Source: Blepharisma stoltei ATCC 30299 | Taxonomy: Eukaryota; Protista; Ciliophora | Length of the DNA: 64,000 nt | Direction: 5' to 3' | Assembly: GCA_965603825.1 (NCBI GenBank) | Contig: CBFDEM010000047.1 | Location: 62,001-126,000, forward strand | Shown: positions 61,230 through 64,000 of the stretch, piece after piece | How positions within the stretch are numbered: the stretch's first letter is position 1 | Layout: each line of letters begins with the position of its first letter | Notes under the pieces: model-generated | What the model was told of the DNA's origin: nothing | The model's input: only the letters and a program-made list of their open reading frames with translations | The model's database searches: none | Translations under genes and position numbers: made by a program

Positions 61230-61779
61230 TTATAATAAGAGCGTCTCTAGTCTAAATATAAAATACTTTGCGAAATCCCACAAACTGATAGGCGACGTCA
61301 TATCCACCCCTAGCAGTCCCATTAATTCTTCCACATCTTCATCAGTCACAGGCACCACCACTTTGCTTTGCAGCACATTTTTAATTTCTTCCATAGTAGT
61401 GCTTCCTCTGTCTTTTTTGTCAAACATCCTAAACAATTCTCTTCTTTCGTGTTCTTGGCCTCCTTCATACCAAATTTTAGTAGCAATTCTTTCCACGTCT
61501 TTAAGCTCTACTCTGAGTGGGTTCCCAATGAACTCTTGGATGATTTTTTCTAGGTCTTTTCTAGGCATTTTCCCGCCTCCTACATATTGTAAAATAGCTT
61601 TAAGTTGGGACATGGAAATGGTTCCTGAATTTTCGGAGTCAAAATAGCCAAAAGAGTCCCTGATGTCGTTAAGAATTCTTTCAGGCAGGACTGCTTCTTG
61701 GTTGGTGTGACCTCGCTTTCTCTGTGAAATTTGTCCTGGATAGGGATTTACCTTGTAGAGTTCGAGTAGATTGAATCAT
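61230..61779 (-). CDS. Centrin/calmodulin-like EF-hand protein
   Basis: ATG61779, 16-nt intron 61736-61751, then IRDSFGYFDSENSGTIS and LFRMFDKKDRGSTT EF loops; probable second intron 61252-61266. Confidence 0.8.
61736..61751 (-). other. 16-nt spliceosomal intron GTAAATCCCTATCCAG
   Basis: Removal puts ATG61779 in frame with the EF-hand ORF. Confidence 0.75.
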
Positions 61780-61986
61780 AAATAACTGTTATAAATGAAA
61801 ATCATGTCAGTATTTTGGTTTAAAAATCAAAAAAAATTATTTTTCGACCTTAATTAAGGCATTTAGAAAATTCTAATCAAAAAATAGTTCTTAAAATATA
61901 CTGTTTTATATCATTATCTAAATTCTATATATATTTTATTACTACTAAAGGAAATTAATAGCATTTCTCATAAATCTAAATTAGTT

Positions 61987-62688
61987 TTAAGCTTCGCTTT
62001 CAATTTCTTGTATTAATTTCTGGACGTTTTCATCTTCTAGCAACTGCAGCCCAGCCCTTTGCATTACTGCTACCTCAATATTCCTGCTGCCACTTTCTAC
62101 CACTTCTAATAGTCCTTTAATAGCTAATTTCAAGGTTTGGTCCATTGACTGATTTTCTTGATAATTTTTCTCTAAAAATTCTACCACATTTTTAGAATTT
62201 TTCCCAATAGCTTGAGCTTTCCATGCACTAAAACTTCCAGATGGCTCAGTCATAAATAGTTTTGGTTCTCCTGCTCTTCCAAATCCTACAACTAAAGTTG
62301 AGACTCCATAAGGCCTCACGCCTCCTTTTTGGGTGTATTCTTGCTGTGTCCTAGCAATATGTCTGGCAATATATTCAGCAGATGGCGGATCTTCCATTGT
62401 CAGCCTAAAACTTTGGCATTCAACCCTTGCTTTATCACATAGCACTCTTGCGTCTGCAGTAAGTCCTGCGAATGCTAATGCAATCCCTTCGTCAAGAACA
62501 TGGATTTTCTTGACAGTCCTGGTATCTTGAAGTTTAGCAGCAGCTTTTCTTTCAACAGCAAGCACAATGCAGTCAACTCCTTGAACCCCAACAGCACAGC
62601 GGCCTTTTCTGACAGCTTCCATTGCATATTCCACTTGAAATAGATGCCCATCAGGTGAAAATATAGTGATAGCAGTATCGTATGACAT
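61987..62688 (-). CDS. PSMA7: 20S proteasome subunit alpha-4 (alpha type-7)
   Basis: [51 protein letters not shown]. Confidence 0.93.
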   Translation of the reverse strand: MSYDTAITIFSPDGHLFQVEYAMEAVRKGRCAVGVQGVDCIVLAVERKAAAKLQDTRTVKKIHVLDEGIALAFAGLTADARVLCDKARVECQSFRLTMEDPPSAEYIARHIARTQQEYTQKGGVRPYGVSTLVVGFGRAGEPKLFMTEPSGSFSAWKAQAIGKNSKNVVEFLEKNYQENQSMDQTLKLAIKGLLEVVESGSRNIEVAVMQRAGLQLLEDENVQKLIQEIESEA

Positions 62689-62719
62689 CTTTATATGATA
62701 ATTTTAGTAAATGATTAGA

Positions 62720-64000
62720 TTAAACTAGTCCTTGTGCCTCATACCATCTTAAAGCTTGAATAAACGACTCTAAAGAGACAATTCCTGCAAATTGTAACGC
62801 TTTTGAGCAGACTGCTTCAAGTTTCCCACGTTTAATTTCCATACCAGCGCAATCAAATAAGTCTTTTATTTCTTCTTTAGGTCGCTCTCTTCTGAATTCT
62901 TCAATTGTTATGCCATAGCGAAGCCAGAAATCAGGGTATAATAATTGTACAGCTGATGCTTCATCTCCGTAATTATTTGGATCTGCAACAGATTTAAATG
63001 ACTTTTTGGGTATATCGTTTCTAATTGTAGGGACACCAAACTGTCTATCTTCGTCTCCGTCTTTTACAGTGTTTCTAAAGCCGAGCCTATTAGTTCTCCC
63101 TAAATCTGGATCAGGCTGCACCTCTCTTTTATTAGGCTGCCCATGTATGCATTGTTTAGCTGTCCACTCATTTTTTCGATGAATTGAAGATCCAAATGCA
63201 TGGTCTTCTGGCAAATTTGGCTTTCCCTGGCCTAAATTTCTGGGTTTTCCTAAATCTTCATGTGCAGTTGACCTGAAATCTTCAACAGTTTTTTGGACAA
63301 TAATTGTCTTTGGATGAGTGCTTCCATATTTTTCTGGCTGCAATGAAATTGCAGCCCCATCTAACTGCTTAGGATCAGGCAGGCCAAATCTATGTTCATG
63401 TTTATCAACTGGCCAATTATAATCTCTCCTTATTTGTTCTCCAGCTTCAGTGACCCCATGAGATTTATAATACATTTTTCTAACATCATCAGGCTCCATT
63501 GTTTTTCCACCTGGAGGGAAAATCAAAGTATAAGCGCTTTCACTGCCTATTGTCTTGACACCATATTTAAAATCAGGCTCATGCACTACGCCTGGCATTT
63601 CATAATTTCTCTCCATAGGCCTTCCAAGTGGCTCACGAATGCTTGAAGCGTATTTATCTTCTTTAAGTTTATTAGCGAATTCTGTAAGTCCTTGAAGCTG
63701 ATTTGGCTTTATGACTTCATGGACATGGTCTGATCCGTGAGTCTTTTTGCCATATGTAAAAGACTCTGGGGGAAGAGGATCGTCTGCGACTCCGTAATGG
63801 ATTTGTTTAGCGCCTGGCTCTTCATTGAAGCTTTTTCTGAATTTTTTGATGTTTGGTGGAGTAGATGTACGGGGTTGTTCTGGCTTGATACAGAACTCAG
63901 CACCTTCGTCAGGCATTTTGGTTACTAGTCCTGCAGGAGGGAGGTTTGCGTTCATTCGAGGCTGATTTTGAAAACCTGCGTTTGAGTAGTAAGAAGCTTG
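62720..64000 (-). CDS. EFHB: EFHB/CFAP21-like ciliary microtubule inner protein, probably 5'-partial
   Basis: YASSIREPLG, AGEQIRRDYNW, FGVPTIRNDIP, VADPNNYGDE; the frame stays open from ATG63955 to the window end. Confidence 0.8.
   Translation of the reverse strand, partial: QASYYSNAGFQNQPRMNANLPPAGLVTKMPDEGAEFCIKPEQPRTSTPPNIKKFRKSFNEEPGAKQIHYGVADDPLPPESFTYGKKTHGSDHVHEVIKPNQLQGLTEFANKLKEDKYASSIREPLGRPMERNYEMPGVVHEPDFKYGVKTIGSESAYTLIFPPGGKTMEPDDVRKMYYKSHGVTEAGEQIRRDYNWPVDKHEHRFGLPDPKQLDGAAISLQPEKYGSTHPKTIIVQKTVEDFRSTAHEDLGKPRNLGQGKPNLPEDHAFGSSIHRKNEWTAKQCIHGQPNKREVQPDPDLGRTNRLGFRNTVKDGDEDRQFGVPTIRNDIPKKSFKSVADPNNYGDEASAVQLLYPDFWLRYGITIEEFRRERPKEEIKDLFDCAGMEIKRGKLEAVCSKALQFAGIVSLESFIQALRWYEAQGLV

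Overview
AT-rich, gene-dense eukaryotic DNA with very short intergenic spacers, consistent with a heterotrich ciliate genome, most likely Blepharisma. TGA is read as Trp (e.g. IQ motif IQS-TGA-TGA-RG; TGA opposite TGG in paralogues), TAA/TAG are stops, and introns are 15-16 nt GT-AG. The supplied standard-code ORF track therefore fragments many genes, which I re-joined by hand. The flanks hold housekeeping genes: acyl-CoA synthetase, VPS26C, FMO, RUVBL1, PFK, Skp1, K+ channel, MCM7, ECH1, kinase, V-ATPase H, centrin-like, PSMA7 and EFHB. The central 30 kb (14.5-44.4 kb) is a fast-evolving block of about 16 tandem alpha/beta-hydrolase paralogues (13 open, 3 decayed), most with eroded catalytic motifs. 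It is interrupted by a nested tandem family of 931-aa HExxH (zincin-like) proteins that are mosaics of one another. The last hydrolase is split by a two-layer insertion (8-bp and 15-bp direct repeats, a (TAA)n tract) carrying an intact orphan 301-aa ORF visible only with TGA=Trp. Other notable genes are a Swt1-type HEPN-RING fusion, an N-terminally anchored PFK and a tail-anchored MORN protein. No database search was run; family calls rest on motifs recognised by eye.
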